64,000 nucleotides of DNA from Candidatus Omnitrophota bacterium (GTDB taxonomy: Bacteria > Omnitrophota > Gorgyraeia > Gygaellales > Profunditerraquicolaceae): contig CAWDSS010000010.1 of the NCBI GenBank assembly GCA_963805065.1, positions 1,048,359-1,112,358 on the forward strand, in the 5' to 3' direction. Under the pieces are notes generated by a model. That model saw only the letters and a program-made list of their open reading frames with translations, did no database searches and was not told the DNA's origin. The position numbers and the translations under genes were made by a program. This document shows positions 1 to 8,772 of the stretch, piece by piece (the first letter of the stretch is position 1; each line of letters begins with the position of its first letter).

Positions 1-1
1 A

Positions 2-139
2 GTATGGTTACCGGATAAACAAATCCAGCATCAGATTCAACCCGGGATGGGGGTTGAATTCAGCAATATTCCGGCAGCTGTACAGCAAAGACTTGTGGAG
101 TTTATCGAAAGAAACCTCTCCTTTATGTCCACCGAGTAA
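2..139 (+). CDS. 3' end of an upstream gene (PilZ-like C-terminus); 5' end lies outside the window
   Basis: Frame is open from the window edge to TAA at 137-139. The tail QPGMGVEFSNIPAAVQQRLVEFIERNLSF resembles the GxGxxF end of PilZ domains. Motif-level only. Confidence 0.3.
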   Translation, partial: VWLPDKQIQHQIQPGMGVEFSNIPAAVQQRLVEFIERNLSFMSTE

Positions 140-157
140 TTAATCCGCTACTTAACA

Positions 158-826
158 ATGAAAAAATTAAAGGCAAAGCCAAAAGCAATTATCTTTGATA
201 TGGATGGGGTGATTGTAGATTCCATGCCCTATCATTTTCTTGCCTGGTACGAAGCTTTAAGGCCGTGGGGAGTGAGGGTGAGTTGTTTTGATGTTTACTC
301 CAAAGAGGGTGAACGCTGGGATAAAACGTTAAAAGATTTGCTCACTAAAAACGGAATAAAACCCAGTAAACTTCTGTTAAACAAAATTTTCCTCAGCCGC
401 CAGAAAATATTCAAACATTATTTTAAGCAGTTTATGTTTAAAGACGCAAAAGAATTTTTACTGTGTTTAAAGAATAAGGGCTATCTACTAGGCCTGGTTA
501 CCGGTACTCCTGATAACGAAATAAACAAAATTCTGCCTAAGCCCATGAAACAGCTGTTTGATGCGATAATAGCCGGTAATGATGTTAAGAACGGAAAACC
601 CCACCCCGAACCCTATCTTAAAGCTGCCAAGGCCCTGGCTGTAAGGCCTCAAGAATGCCTGGTTGTGGAAAATGCGCCTTACGGCATACAATCAGCTAAG
701 CGGGCGGGCATGTTTTGTATTGCCGTTACCACCAGCCTGCCAGAGGAGTACCTTAATCAGGCAGATTTGACGGTAAGCAAGCTATCCAGAATCATGGGAA
801 TTATAGAGAAATCCTGCCGGCTCTAA
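158..826 (+). CDS. HAD-superfamily hydrolase (beta-phosphoglucomutase-like, subfamily IA)
   Basis: N-terminal IIFDMDGVIVDS (DxDG nucleophile motif), LVTG, GKPHPEPY and a VVENAPYGIQSAKRAGM tail typical of HAD-IA. Confidence 0.75.
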   Translation: MKKLKAKPKAIIFDMDGVIVDSMPYHFLAWYEALRPWGVRVSCFDVYSKEGERWDKTLKDLLTKNGIKPSKLLLNKIFLSRQKIFKHYFKQFMFKDAKEFLLCLKNKGYLLGLVTGTPDNEINKILPKPMKQLFDAIIAGNDVKNGKPHPEPYLKAAKALAVRPQECLVVENAPYGIQSAKRAGMFCIAVTTSLPEEYLNQADLTVSKLSRIMGIIEKSCRL

Positions 827-954
827 TCTTATCTATCCTTTTGATTTTAAAGAGGTTTCTTGCCTGATAATACTTGTTGCCCCCTTGCCTTTCTTGTGCT
901 AAAATACACCCTTGCCTAGATTTGGCCTCTTAAAGCTGTTAAAACCCGTATAAT

Positions 955-1545
955 ATGAATAAATTAAAGCGTTATTTTATTACAGGCTTAATTGTCGTTG
1001 TCCCGATATCCCTGACAATCTACGTTTTGGTAATCATTTTCCAATTTCTTGATGGGATATTGGGCAGGTTTTTTAGCGGTTATTTCAAGAGCTCCTTAGG
1101 GTTTTATATTCCGGGCCTGGGTATTTTAGTATTTCTGCTATTGATAATATTAGCCGGGTTTATCGCTACCAGGTTAATCGGGCGCAGCATATTCCCTCAA
1201 CTGGAAAAATGGTTTTCTTCGTTACCTATAATCGGAAAAATTTATCCTACGCTTAGGCAAATAGTCTTATTTATCCTGTCACAGGAGCAATTCGGATTTA
1301 AAAAAGTTGTTTTGGTCGAATACCCTTCCAAGGGGATTTGGTCTTTAGGGTTCTTGACCAATGAAAACTACACTAAATTGGGAAAAATAAATGGTAAAGA
1401 ATTGGTCTCTGTTTTTGTCCCCAGTTCCCCAGGCCCGCTTACCGGTTACGTAATCTTTGTGACCAAAGAAGAACTGCGCTTCGTAGATATTTCCATTGCA
1501 GATGCCCTGAAGATTATCATTTCCGGCGGAGTTTTTAAGCCTTAA
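955..1545 (+). CDS. DUF502-family membrane protein
   Basis: Two N-terminal TM segments (FITGLIVVVPISLTIYVL; LGILVFLLLIILAGFIA) and a PSSPGPLTGY motif typical of DUF502. Confidence 0.6.
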   Translation: MNKLKRYFITGLIVVVPISLTIYVLVIIFQFLDGILGRFFSGYFKSSLGFYIPGLGILVFLLLIILAGFIATRLIGRSIFPQLEKWFSSLPIIGKIYPTLRQIVLFILSQEQFGFKKVVLVEYPSKGIWSLGFLTNENYTKLGKINGKELVSVFVPSSPGPLTGYVIFVTKEELRFVDISIADALKIIISGGVFKP

Positions 1546-1549
1546 TAAG

Positions 1550-2590
1550 ATGACTGGATACCTCTATAATTTAGCCACGGATAAGCATAAAGGTTTCGTT
1601 TCGGCAATTTTGAAATTAGGTTTATTTATTTTATCCTGTGCCTATGGGCTGGTTATCAGGTTTTTAATTTTATTTAACCGTTTACGGATTTATAAGTTAG
1701 GGGCAGTGGTAATAAGCGTAGGCAATATAACCTTAGGCGGTACAGGTAAAACTGTCATCGTAGAGTATATCTGCCGGTTTTTGCGAGAAAACAACAGGAA
1801 GGTTTCGGTGCTTAGCCGCGGTTATAAAATATCTCATAAAGCAATAGCTGATGAGCCAGGTATGTTACAGGCGAAGCTTAAAGATGTGCCTGTTTTAGTG
1901 GATCTCGACAGGATAAGGTCGGGTAACCTGGCAATAATTAATTATAGCGCCGATACCCTCGTATTGGACGATGGTTTCCAGCAATGGCGCATAGAGAAAG
2001 ATTTGGATATCGTGGTGATTGACGCCACAAATCCATTCGGCAATAATCATATGATACCCAGGGGAATCTTACGCGAGCCGTTATCCTCGCTTAAGCGTGC
2101 CAGTGTATTTGTGCTGACCAAGGTAAATTTTAGCTCTCAGATTGAATCTACGGTTGATTTTTTACGTAAGATTAATCCCTCTGCAGAAGTATTTGAGTCC
2201 CTGCATAAGCCGGTGGGGTTTTATAGCATGAGTAAGCCGCAGGAATTGTTAAGCCCGGAGCGTTTAAAAGGTAAGACTGCGGCTTTATTATGTGGTATCG
2301 GTGACCCCAGCTCATTTGAAAAAATTATCGTAAGCCTGGGGGTTAATGTCGGTTTATCCTTTAGGTTCCCCGACCATTACAATTACACTCAAAAAGATTT
2401 AGATGAAATCGCAAAGAAAATCAGCAATAAAGGCATTGATACCATAATTACTACTGAAAAAGATACAGCTAGACTTCGTAGCTTTCAGCTTTCAGCTTTC
2501 AGCTTTCAGCTTTTAGTGTTGAGGATAACTTTAGCCATAAAAGATGAACAGGGATTCCGTAACAGATTACTTAGCTTATATTCTGTTTAG
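1550..2590 (+). CDS. lpxK: Tetraacyldisaccharide 4'-kinase
   Basis: P-loop SVGNITLGGTGKT, LSRGY, DDGFQ and TTEKD motifs. Contains a GCTTTCA heptamer array near the 3' end. Confidence 0.85.
   Translation: MTGYLYNLATDKHKGFVSAILKLGLFILSCAYGLVIRFLILFNRLRIYKLGAVVISVGNITLGGTGKTVIVEYICRFLRENNRKVSVLSRGYKISHKAIADEPGMLQAKLKDVPVLVDLDRIRSGNLAIINYSADTLVLDDGFQQWRIEKDLDIVVIDATNPFGNNHMIPRGILREPLSSLKRASVFVLTKVNFSSQIESTVDFLRKINPSAEVFESLHKPVGFYSMSKPQELLSPERLKGKTAALLCGIGDPSSFEKIIVSLGVNVGLSFRFPDHYNYTQKDLDEIAKKISNKGIDTIITTEKDTARLRSFQLSAFSFQLLVLRITLAIKDEQGFRNRLLSLYSV
2481..2515 (+). repeat. Heptamer tandem array (GCTTTCA x4 plus GCTTTTA) inside lpxK
   Basis: Read directly: gctttca at 2481, 2488, 2495 and 2502, then gctttta. 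Translated as SFQLSAFSFQLLV. Confidence 0.9.
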
Positions 2591-4490
2591 GCTAATCGGC
2601 AGTATCCTAAGGAAGCTGCCGAAAGGCTTTAGCCTTTTTCTGGGAAGAAGGGTGGGGGACTTATTTTTTTGCCTTGATTGCAAACACAAAGCAATTGCCT
2701 ATTCAAATATAAAAACTGCATTAGGGGATAAGCTGTCAACCGGCCAATTACGTTTGGTTACGCGCAGGTTTTACCGGGCATACGGCCAGAATCTCGCGGA
2801 GATATTTCTTATTCCTAAAATTAACAAGCACTATTTAGATAAATATATAAATATTGAAGGACTTGATAATATTAAACAAGGCTTTGAGAAAGGCAAAGGA
2901 ATAATTTTCCTGGCTGTGCATGAAGGGAGTTGGGAGCTTTCTGGGGTTATGGCCTCTATTTTGGGTGTGCCATTTAATTTTCTATTCAGGGAACAGAAAA
3001 AATTTAAAAGGATAGCTAACCTGCTTAATCAATACCGTACTCAAAAAGGCTGCAAGATAATCCAGCGCTTGGATCAAACCAGGCAATTAATAGAAGTAAT
3101 CAAGAGTAACGAAGCAATAGGCATGACGCTGGATCAGGGAGGAAAAAGCGGCTGCCCGGTGGATTTCTTCGGCCGCAGCGCTTCCATGGCAACCGGGGCT
3201 GTAAGGATAGCCTTAAAATATGAAGCGGTGATACTGCCGATTTTCTTTTGCCGGATACGCGGCCCTTATATTAAACTTTTTATTGATCAGCCGTTTGAAA
3301 TCAAGAATACGGGGAATCGCCAAACAGACATACAGGATAACCTGCAAAGGCTGATACATGTCTTTGAAAAACATATAACCGATTATCCCAGTGAATACCT
3401 TTGGTCTTATAAGATATGGAAACATGGCTTAGACAGGAATATACTCATTTTAAACGATGGCAAGGCTGGACACCTACGCCAATCGCAGGCAGTAGCCGCT
3501 GTTTTAAGCGAATATTTTAAAGAAAATGGCTTAACGGTCAAGGTCGAAACAGAAGAAATACTGTTTAAAAGTAGATTTGCCAAAACGCTTTTGCAATTGA
3601 GCAGTTGCATATCGGGAAAATTCACTTGTCAGGGATGCCTTTCCTGCCTGAAGGTTTTGTTGCACAAAAAAGTTTACGATTCTCTGATAAAGAAGAAACC
3701 TAATGTAGTAATTTCCTGCGGGGCGAGCGTTACGCCGGTTAATTTTTTGATTTCCAGAGAAAACCTGGCAAAATCCATAGTGCTTATGCAGCCGTCAATT
3801 TTGAGTACGGCAAAATTTGATTTAGTGATTGTCCCTGAACATGACAATCCTCCCAAACGTAAAAACATTATTGTTACCGAAGGCGCTTTAAATTTAATCA
3901 ACGAGAATTATTTGAAAGAGCAGGCTGATAAATTATGCAAAACCCTTGGATTAAATAAAGGTTTTTATATCGGTTTACTAATCGGAGGAGACGCCGGGAA
4001 TTTTCACCTCAAGAAAGACACAGTCTTAGAAGTTTTACGGCAGGTCAAATCAGCCTGCGAGAATTTAGGCGCTGATATCCTGGTTACTACTTCCCGGCGC
4101 ACTTCGCGAGAAATTGAAGATACACTAAAAGAGGAACTTCGGGGTTACAGTAACTGTAAAATGCTGATTATTGCCAATGAGAAAAACATCCCTGAAGCTG
4201 TAGGCGGAATCCTCGGCTTAAGCCAGATTGTCATTACATCTGCGGAAAGTATCTCCATGATTTCAGAAGCAGCCAGCAGCAAAAAATACGTATTGGTTTT
4301 TACATCCGCTAACCTGGATAAGAAACACGCCAGGTTCCTGAAGAATTTTTCTCAAAAACAATACATACGCTTGATAGAGAACGCCTCTGATTTAAAAAAG
4401 AATATCGAAGAAGTCTGGTTTGATAAGCCAGGAATTCGCGTTCTCTCTGATAGCGCTGCCATAAAAGAGGCGGTAAAGAGAATTTTCTGA
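2544..4490 (+). CDS. Fusion: lipid A lauroyl/myristoyl acyltransferase (LpxL/HtrB-like) N-terminal half plus ELM1/DUF1022-like C-terminal half
   Basis: N-terminal half has the LpxL-like layout (AVHEGSWEL with the H-x4-E type acyltransferase motif). C-terminal half begins ILILNDGKAGHLRQSQAVA and has DLVIVPEHD, typical of the ELM1/DUF1022 family. Overlaps lpxK by 47 nt. Confidence 0.7.
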   Translation: MNRDSVTDYLAYILFRLIGSILRKLPKGFSLFLGRRVGDLFFCLDCKHKAIAYSNIKTALGDKLSTGQLRLVTRRFYRAYGQNLAEIFLIPKINKHYLDKYINIEGLDNIKQGFEKGKGIIFLAVHEGSWELSGVMASILGVPFNFLFREQKKFKRIANLLNQYRTQKGCKIIQRLDQTRQLIEVIKSNEAIGMTLDQGGKSGCPVDFFGRSASMATGAVRIALKYEAVILPIFFCRIRGPYIKLFIDQPFEIKNTGNRQTDIQDNLQRLIHVFEKHITDYPSEYLWSYKIWKHGLDRNILILNDGKAGHLRQSQAVAAVLSEYFKENGLTVKVETEEILFKSRFAKTLLQLSSCISGKFTCQGCLSCLKVLLHKKVYDSLIKKKPNVVISCGASVTPVNFLISRENLAKSIVLMQPSILSTAKFDLVIVPEHDNPPKRKNIIVTEGALNLINENYLKEQADKLCKTLGLNKGFYIGLLIGGDAGNFHLKKDTVLEVLRQVKSACENLGADILVTTSRRTSREIEDTLKEELRGYSNCKMLIIANEKNIPEAVGGILGLSQIVITSAESISMISEAASSKKYVLVFTSANLDKKHARFLKNFSQKQYIRLIENASDLKKNIEEVWFDKPGIRVLSDSAAIKEAVKRIF

Positions 4491-4494
4491 AACA

Positions 4495-4560
4495 AATAAT
4501 GGGGACGTTTCTATTTTTACGTCTCCAGGTAGGCAGAAAAATAGAAACGTCCCCATTATT
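4495..4560 (+). terminator. Perfect 24-bp inverted repeat hairpin (18-nt loop) followed by TTTTA; candidate terminator or attenuator
   Basis: AATAATGGGGACGTTTCTATTTTT (4495-4518) is the exact reverse complement of 4537-4560. 4501-4508 can alternatively pair with 4519-4526. Confidence 0.5.
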
Positions 4561-4569
4561 TTAGAGACA

Positions 4570-6660
4570 ATGAACATACTTCAAATACTTCCAGAATTAA
4601 ATGTAGGCGGAGTTGAGACAGGGACTGTTGACCTGGCAAAGTATTTAGTCAGGGCAGGGCACAAAGCAGTGGTGGTCTCAAACGGCGGAGAGCTGGTTGG
4701 TGAGCTTGAGGCAAACGGCGGCATACATTACCAGCTGCCAGTGCATAAGAAATCTTTATCCCTAATGATAAAAACAATTCCCCGGCTGGTTGAAATTATA
4801 AACAAAGAAAAAATAGATATTGTCCATGCGCGTTCCAGGGTACCTGGCTGGATTGCTTATTTTGCCGTACGCAGGACCAATGCGGTGTTTGTGACAACCT
4901 GTCACGGTTATTATAAGAAACACATCTTTAGCCAGGTTATGGGATGGGGCAAGGAAGTCATTGTATTAAGCAATGTCATAGGCAGGCACATGATTGACGA
5001 CTTTGGAGTTCCGCATGAGCGGATAAGGTTAGTGCCGCGTGGCGTCGACCTGGAAAAATTTCAATATTCAAGTCCTGCGCAGAAAAGGAAAAAAGAATTT
5101 AACATAGGTATAATCGGCAGGATTACCCCCATAAAAGGCCATTTGCATTTTATTAAGGCCATGGCAAAAGTCGTGAGGACCTTCCCGCACATTAAAATCT
5201 GGATAGTAGGGGATGCGCCTTCCTCGCGCGAGGCATACAAAGAAGAAATACAGGTTTTAGTCAGAAGATTAGGCTTGTCGCACTGCACGCAGTTCCTGGG
5301 AACCCAACGGGATATCCCCGCAGTTTTGTCAAACCTGGATTTGTTGGTACTGGCTACCACAACTCACGAGGCATTTGGCAGGGTAATTATTGAGGCGCAG
5401 GCGAGTGGTGTACCGGTTGTGGCGACTGAAGTAGGGGGTGTAATCGATATTATCGAAAATGAATTAACAGGCTTGCTTATACCGCCGGCAGATTCCGACA
5501 GGATGGCTTCTGCTGCCATAAGGATTTATAAAGACCCGCAATTCGCTAGTTTTCTGGCAGAGAATGCCTATAAAAAAGTTAAGGAAAAATATACTCCGCA
5601 GATAATGTTAAACAATACCCTCGATGTTTATAAAGAAGCCTTAAGCAATTTTAAGATTTTAATCATTAAGCTTAGCTCTCTGGGCGATATTATTTTATCT
5701 ACGGCTGCCATAAGGGCGATAAGGGAAAAATTCCTGCAGAATTATAAAATCAGCTTTCTTGTCGGCGAGCAGTCAAAAGAGGCCCTGTTAAGGTGCCCCC
5801 ATATTGACGAATTAATCGTTGCGGATTTCCAAAATAAAGATAAGGGTTTAGTAGGGCTTCTGAATATGGCGGGGGTTTTAAGAAAAAAGAATTTTGATAT
5901 AGTTATAGACCTGCAAAATAACAGAACCAGCCATATACTCTCATTTTTAAGCATGAGCCCCAACCGCTACGGTTATGATAATAAAAAATTTTCCTTTTTG
6001 CTTAATTCGCGCATAAAAGATGAACAACCTGCGCTGGACCCGGTTACGCACCAGTTTAAAATATTAAATATGCTGGGTATTGATTTAAAGGATAAACATT
6101 TGGAACTCTGGCCCACAGAGGACGATGAGCATTATATCGATGAGATGTTAAGCTCGCAGTGGCTAAGCGCGAATCAGAAACTCGTGGGGTTGAATATAAG
6201 CGCAAGCGAAAGATGGCTTACTAAGGTATGGCCGCAAAAAAACATGGCTAAGCTTTGCGAAGAATTGGCTAACCGTGATTTCAGGGTCGTACTTACGGGA
6301 ATTCACAAGGACCTGGATAAAGCTAACGAGCTGCTGAATATGGTCAGGAATTCAAAACCCATAAATGCCTGCGCGAAAACAACAATTAACCAGTTAGCCT
6401 GCCTTATAAAAAAATGCAGCGTGTTTATTTCTGCGGATTCTTCGCCTTTGCATATAGCGGCGGCAGTGGATACTCCTATTGTTGCGCTTTTTGGCCCCAC
6501 TGACCCGGCAAGGCACATGCCTCCTGCAAAAAAAAGCGTGATCATCAAGAAAGGTCTGGAATGCAGCCCCTGTTACAAGCCAAAATGTAAGAAGAATAAA
6601 TGCATGGAGATGATAATCCCGGAAGATGTGCTTTATGCCGTGAGCCAATTATTACAATGA
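4570..6660 (+). CDS. Fusion: GT4 glycosyltransferase (N) plus GT9 heptosyltransferase-like domain (C)
   Basis: N-terminal ILQILPELNVGGVETGTVDLAKYL and the E-x7-E region (EAFGRVIIEAQASGVPVVAT) are typical of GT4. From about residue 360, ILIIKLSSLGDIILSTAAIRAIREKF and SADSSPLHIAAA are typical of GT9. Confidence 0.75.
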   Translation: MNILQILPELNVGGVETGTVDLAKYLVRAGHKAVVVSNGGELVGELEANGGIHYQLPVHKKSLSLMIKTIPRLVEIINKEKIDIVHARSRVPGWIAYFAVRRTNAVFVTTCHGYYKKHIFSQVMGWGKEVIVLSNVIGRHMIDDFGVPHERIRLVPRGVDLEKFQYSSPAQKRKKEFNIGIIGRITPIKGHLHFIKAMAKVVRTFPHIKIWIVGDAPSSREAYKEEIQVLVRRLGLSHCTQFLGTQRDIPAVLSNLDLLVLATTTHEAFGRVIIEAQASGVPVVATEVGGVIDIIENELTGLLIPPADSDRMASAAIRIYKDPQFASFLAENAYKKVKEKYTPQIMLNNTLDVYKEALSNFKILIIKLSSLGDIILSTAAIRAIREKFLQNYKISFLVGEQSKEALLRCPHIDELIVADFQNKDKGLVGLLNMAGVLRKKNFDIVIDLQNNRTSHILSFLSMSPNRYGYDNKKFSFLLNSRIKDEQPALDPVTHQFKILNMLGIDLKDKHLELWPTEDDEHYIDEMLSSQWLSANQKLVGLNISASERWLTKVWPQKNMAKLCEELANRDFRVVLTGIHKDLDKANELLNMVRNSKPINACAKTTINQLACLIKKCSVFISADSSPLHIAAAVDTPIVALFGPTDPARHMPPAKKSVIIKKGLECSPCYKPKCKKNKCMEMIIPEDVLYAVSQLLQ

Positions 6661-7760
6661 ACATTCTCTATATTACAAACCATCTTAATATCGGAGGCAT
6701 TACTTCCTACGTTTTGACTTTAGGCAGGGGTTTAAAGTCTAAGGGTCATAATCTTTATATTGCTTCTAGCGGCGGAGAGCTGAGCGCTAATTTTGCGGAT
6801 AGCGGCATAGTTTACATACCAATACCCATAAGGACAAAAAAGGAAATCAGCCCCGGTGTTTTTATCAGCGCGTTAAAACTTTTAAAACCAATAAGAAAAT
6901 ATAAAATAAATATCATACATTCAAACAGCCGGACAACTTCGGTCCTGGCTTGTTTGTTAGAAAATTTATCAGGGGTGCCTTTTATTTCTACTTGCCACGG
7001 GTTTTTTAAAAAAAGAATTTCTAGAAGAATTTTTCCCTGTTGGGGCAAAAGGGTTATTGCCGTAAGCGAATCGGTAAAAGAGCATTTAATTAATGACTTC
7101 AAAGTTGACGCGAAAATAATTGATGTAATACATAATGGTATAGACGTAGAAAAATTCAAAACGCAAAACGCAAAAGGCAAAAGTGAATTAAAAACAGAAT
7201 TGGGTTTATGGGAAGGGCCGGTAATCGGCATAGTGGCACGGTTGTCGGATGTAAAAGGACACGCATATCTTATTAAAGCAATGCGCGAAGTAATAAATGA
7301 AATACCCCAGGCACAATTGCTTATAGTAGGAGATGGCAAGATTAAACAGGAGTTGGTAAATTTAACTAAAGCACTTGGCATTGGGAAAAACGTAATTTTT
7401 GTCCCATCGGTAGATGACACAATAGGTGTATTATCGGTAATGGATATATTCGTAATGCCTTCGCTAAAAGAAGGTTTGGGACTTTCGCTTATGGAAGCCA
7501 TGGCATATGGCTTGGCAGTAATCGGTTCCGATGTCGGCGGCATAAAGACGCTTATACAAAATAAAGAGAATGGTTTGCTGGTAAACCCGAAAGATACGAA
7601 GGCGTTAGCAAGAGAAATACTGGACCTGATAAGAGATCCGCAAGGAAGAGAAAAGCTAGGAGAGAATGCCAAAATCTTTATCAGCCGTAATTTTTCCCAG
7701 GAAAAAATGACCGGGGAAACCGAAGCGGTTTACTTAAAGTGCATAAAAAATGAACAATAA
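6657..7760 (+). CDS. GT4 glycosyltransferase
   Basis: Start moved to ATG 6657 (ATGA overlap with the upstream stop). MNILYITNHLNIGGITSYV and EGLGLSLMEAMAYGLAVIGSDVGG motifs. Contains an AAAANNN heptamer array. Confidence 0.8.
   Translation: MNILYITNHLNIGGITSYVLTLGRGLKSKGHNLYIASSGGELSANFADSGIVYIPIPIRTKKEISPGVFISALKLLKPIRKYKINIIHSNSRTTSVLACLLENLSGVPFISTCHGFFKKRISRRIFPCWGKRVIAVSESVKEHLINDFKVDAKIIDVIHNGIDVEKFKTQNAKGKSELKTELGLWEGPVIGIVARLSDVKGHAYLIKAMREVINEIPQAQLLIVGDGKIKQELVNLTKALGIGKNVIFVPSVDDTIGVLSVMDIFVMPSLKEGLGLSLMEAMAYGLAVIGSDVGGIKTLIQNKENGLLVNPKDTKALAREILDLIRDPQGREKLGENAKIFISRNFSQEKMTGETEAVYLKCIKNEQ
7151..7185 (+). repeat. Heptamer array AAAATTC-AAAACGC-AAAACGC-AAAAGGC-AAAAGTG inside the GT4 gene
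   Basis: Read directly. Encodes KFKTQNAKGKSE in the inter-domain linker region. Confidence 0.8.
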
Positions 7761-8772
7761 TAAGAGGATATTGATTTTTAACGTTAACTGGGTAGGAGAT
7801 GTGTTGTTTTCTACGGCAGCCATAAGAAATATCCGGCGAAATTTTCCGGATAGTTTTATCGCCTGCATAATACCCAGCCGGTGTTACCAGGTTTTAAAAG
7901 GTAACCCCTATTTAGATGAAATTATTATCTTTGACGAGCATGACCGGCATAAAGGCATTTTATCCAAGTTGAATTTTATAAAAACTTTGAAAGGAAAAGA
8001 GTTTGATACCGTATTTTTGCTGCACCGTTCATTTAGCCGCGCGCTTATCTGCAGGCTTGCAGACATACCCCACAGGATTGGTTTCTATACAAGGAAACGC
8101 GCGTTTCTTTTGACCAAAGCCATAATACCCCCTAAGAAGGATTCACTGCACCGCATAGACCATTATCTTTACTTAATCGAAAAAGCAGGGCTAAAATTAG
8201 AAGACAGATACCTGGATTTTTTTGTCAGCGATGAAGATAAAAAATCTGTGGAAGATTTCTTAAGCAGGAATTCCATTTACCCTAAGGATTTCCTGGCAGT
8301 GATAAATCCGGGAGGCAACTGGTTTGCTAAGCGCTGGCCGAAGGAGCATTGGGCGCAATTGGCAGATAAATTAGTCAAAGAGTTTAAAGCGAAGGTGGTA
8401 ATTACGGGAGGCAATTCCGACGTAGTCCTGGCAAAAGAATTACAGCATTTAATGGAAGAAGATTCCGTCGTTGCATGTGGAGCGTTAAGCCTAAAGCAGG
8501 CGGCAGCATTGTTTAAGCGCGCAGATTTGTTTATATCGGCAGATACCGGGCCTTTACATATCGCAAATGCTTGCGGAGCAAAAAAGATTGTGGCGATCTT
8601 TGGCCCGACGTCACCGGAAATAACCGGGCCATACCCCTTAAAGAATGTGATACTTTTGCGTAAAGACAGCGGATGTAAGATTCCCTGTTATGAAGCAAAA
8701 TGTAAAGATAGCCGTTGCATGAAGGCAATTTTGCCGGGTGAAATTATAAAGGCACTGAAAGATGCAGGTTAA
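7750..8772 (+). CDS. GT9 family ADP-heptose:LPS heptosyltransferase-like
   Basis: ILIFNVNWVGDVLFSTAAIRNIRRNFP, PGGNWFAKRWP and SADTGPLHIANA motifs. Confidence 0.8.
   Translation: MNNNKRILIFNVNWVGDVLFSTAAIRNIRRNFPDSFIACIIPSRCYQVLKGNPYLDEIIIFDEHDRHKGILSKLNFIKTLKGKEFDTVFLLHRSFSRALICRLADIPHRIGFYTRKRAFLLTKAIIPPKKDSLHRIDHYLYLIEKAGLKLEDRYLDFFVSDEDKKSVEDFLSRNSIYPKDFLAVINPGGNWFAKRWPKEHWAQLADKLVKEFKAKVVITGGNSDVVLAKELQHLMEEDSVVACGALSLKQAAALFKRADLFISADTGPLHIANACGAKKIVAIFGPTSPEITGPYPLKNVILLRKDSGCKIPCYEAKCKDSRCMKAILPGEIIKALKDAG

Noticed and set aside
859-917. CTTGCCT occurring three times (859, 884, 911) upstream of the DUF502 gene, plus TATAAT at 949-954
   Set aside because: The motif is short and could recur by chance in 100 nt. 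The TATAAT abuts the ATG directly, too close to act as a -10 box for it. TTGCCC-17 nt-TAAAAT (877-905) is a possible promoter, but support is too weak to list.
6812-7672. 286-aa minus-strand ORF, and similar long antisense ORFs at 9973-10554, 32977-33489, 41481-42158, 51285-51716 and 52865-53614
   Set aside because: Each lies entirely within a plus-strand gene with clear family motifs (GT4, GT9, dxr, infB, trmD/rplS, fhs). None has a recognisable motif. They are typical shadow ORFs.
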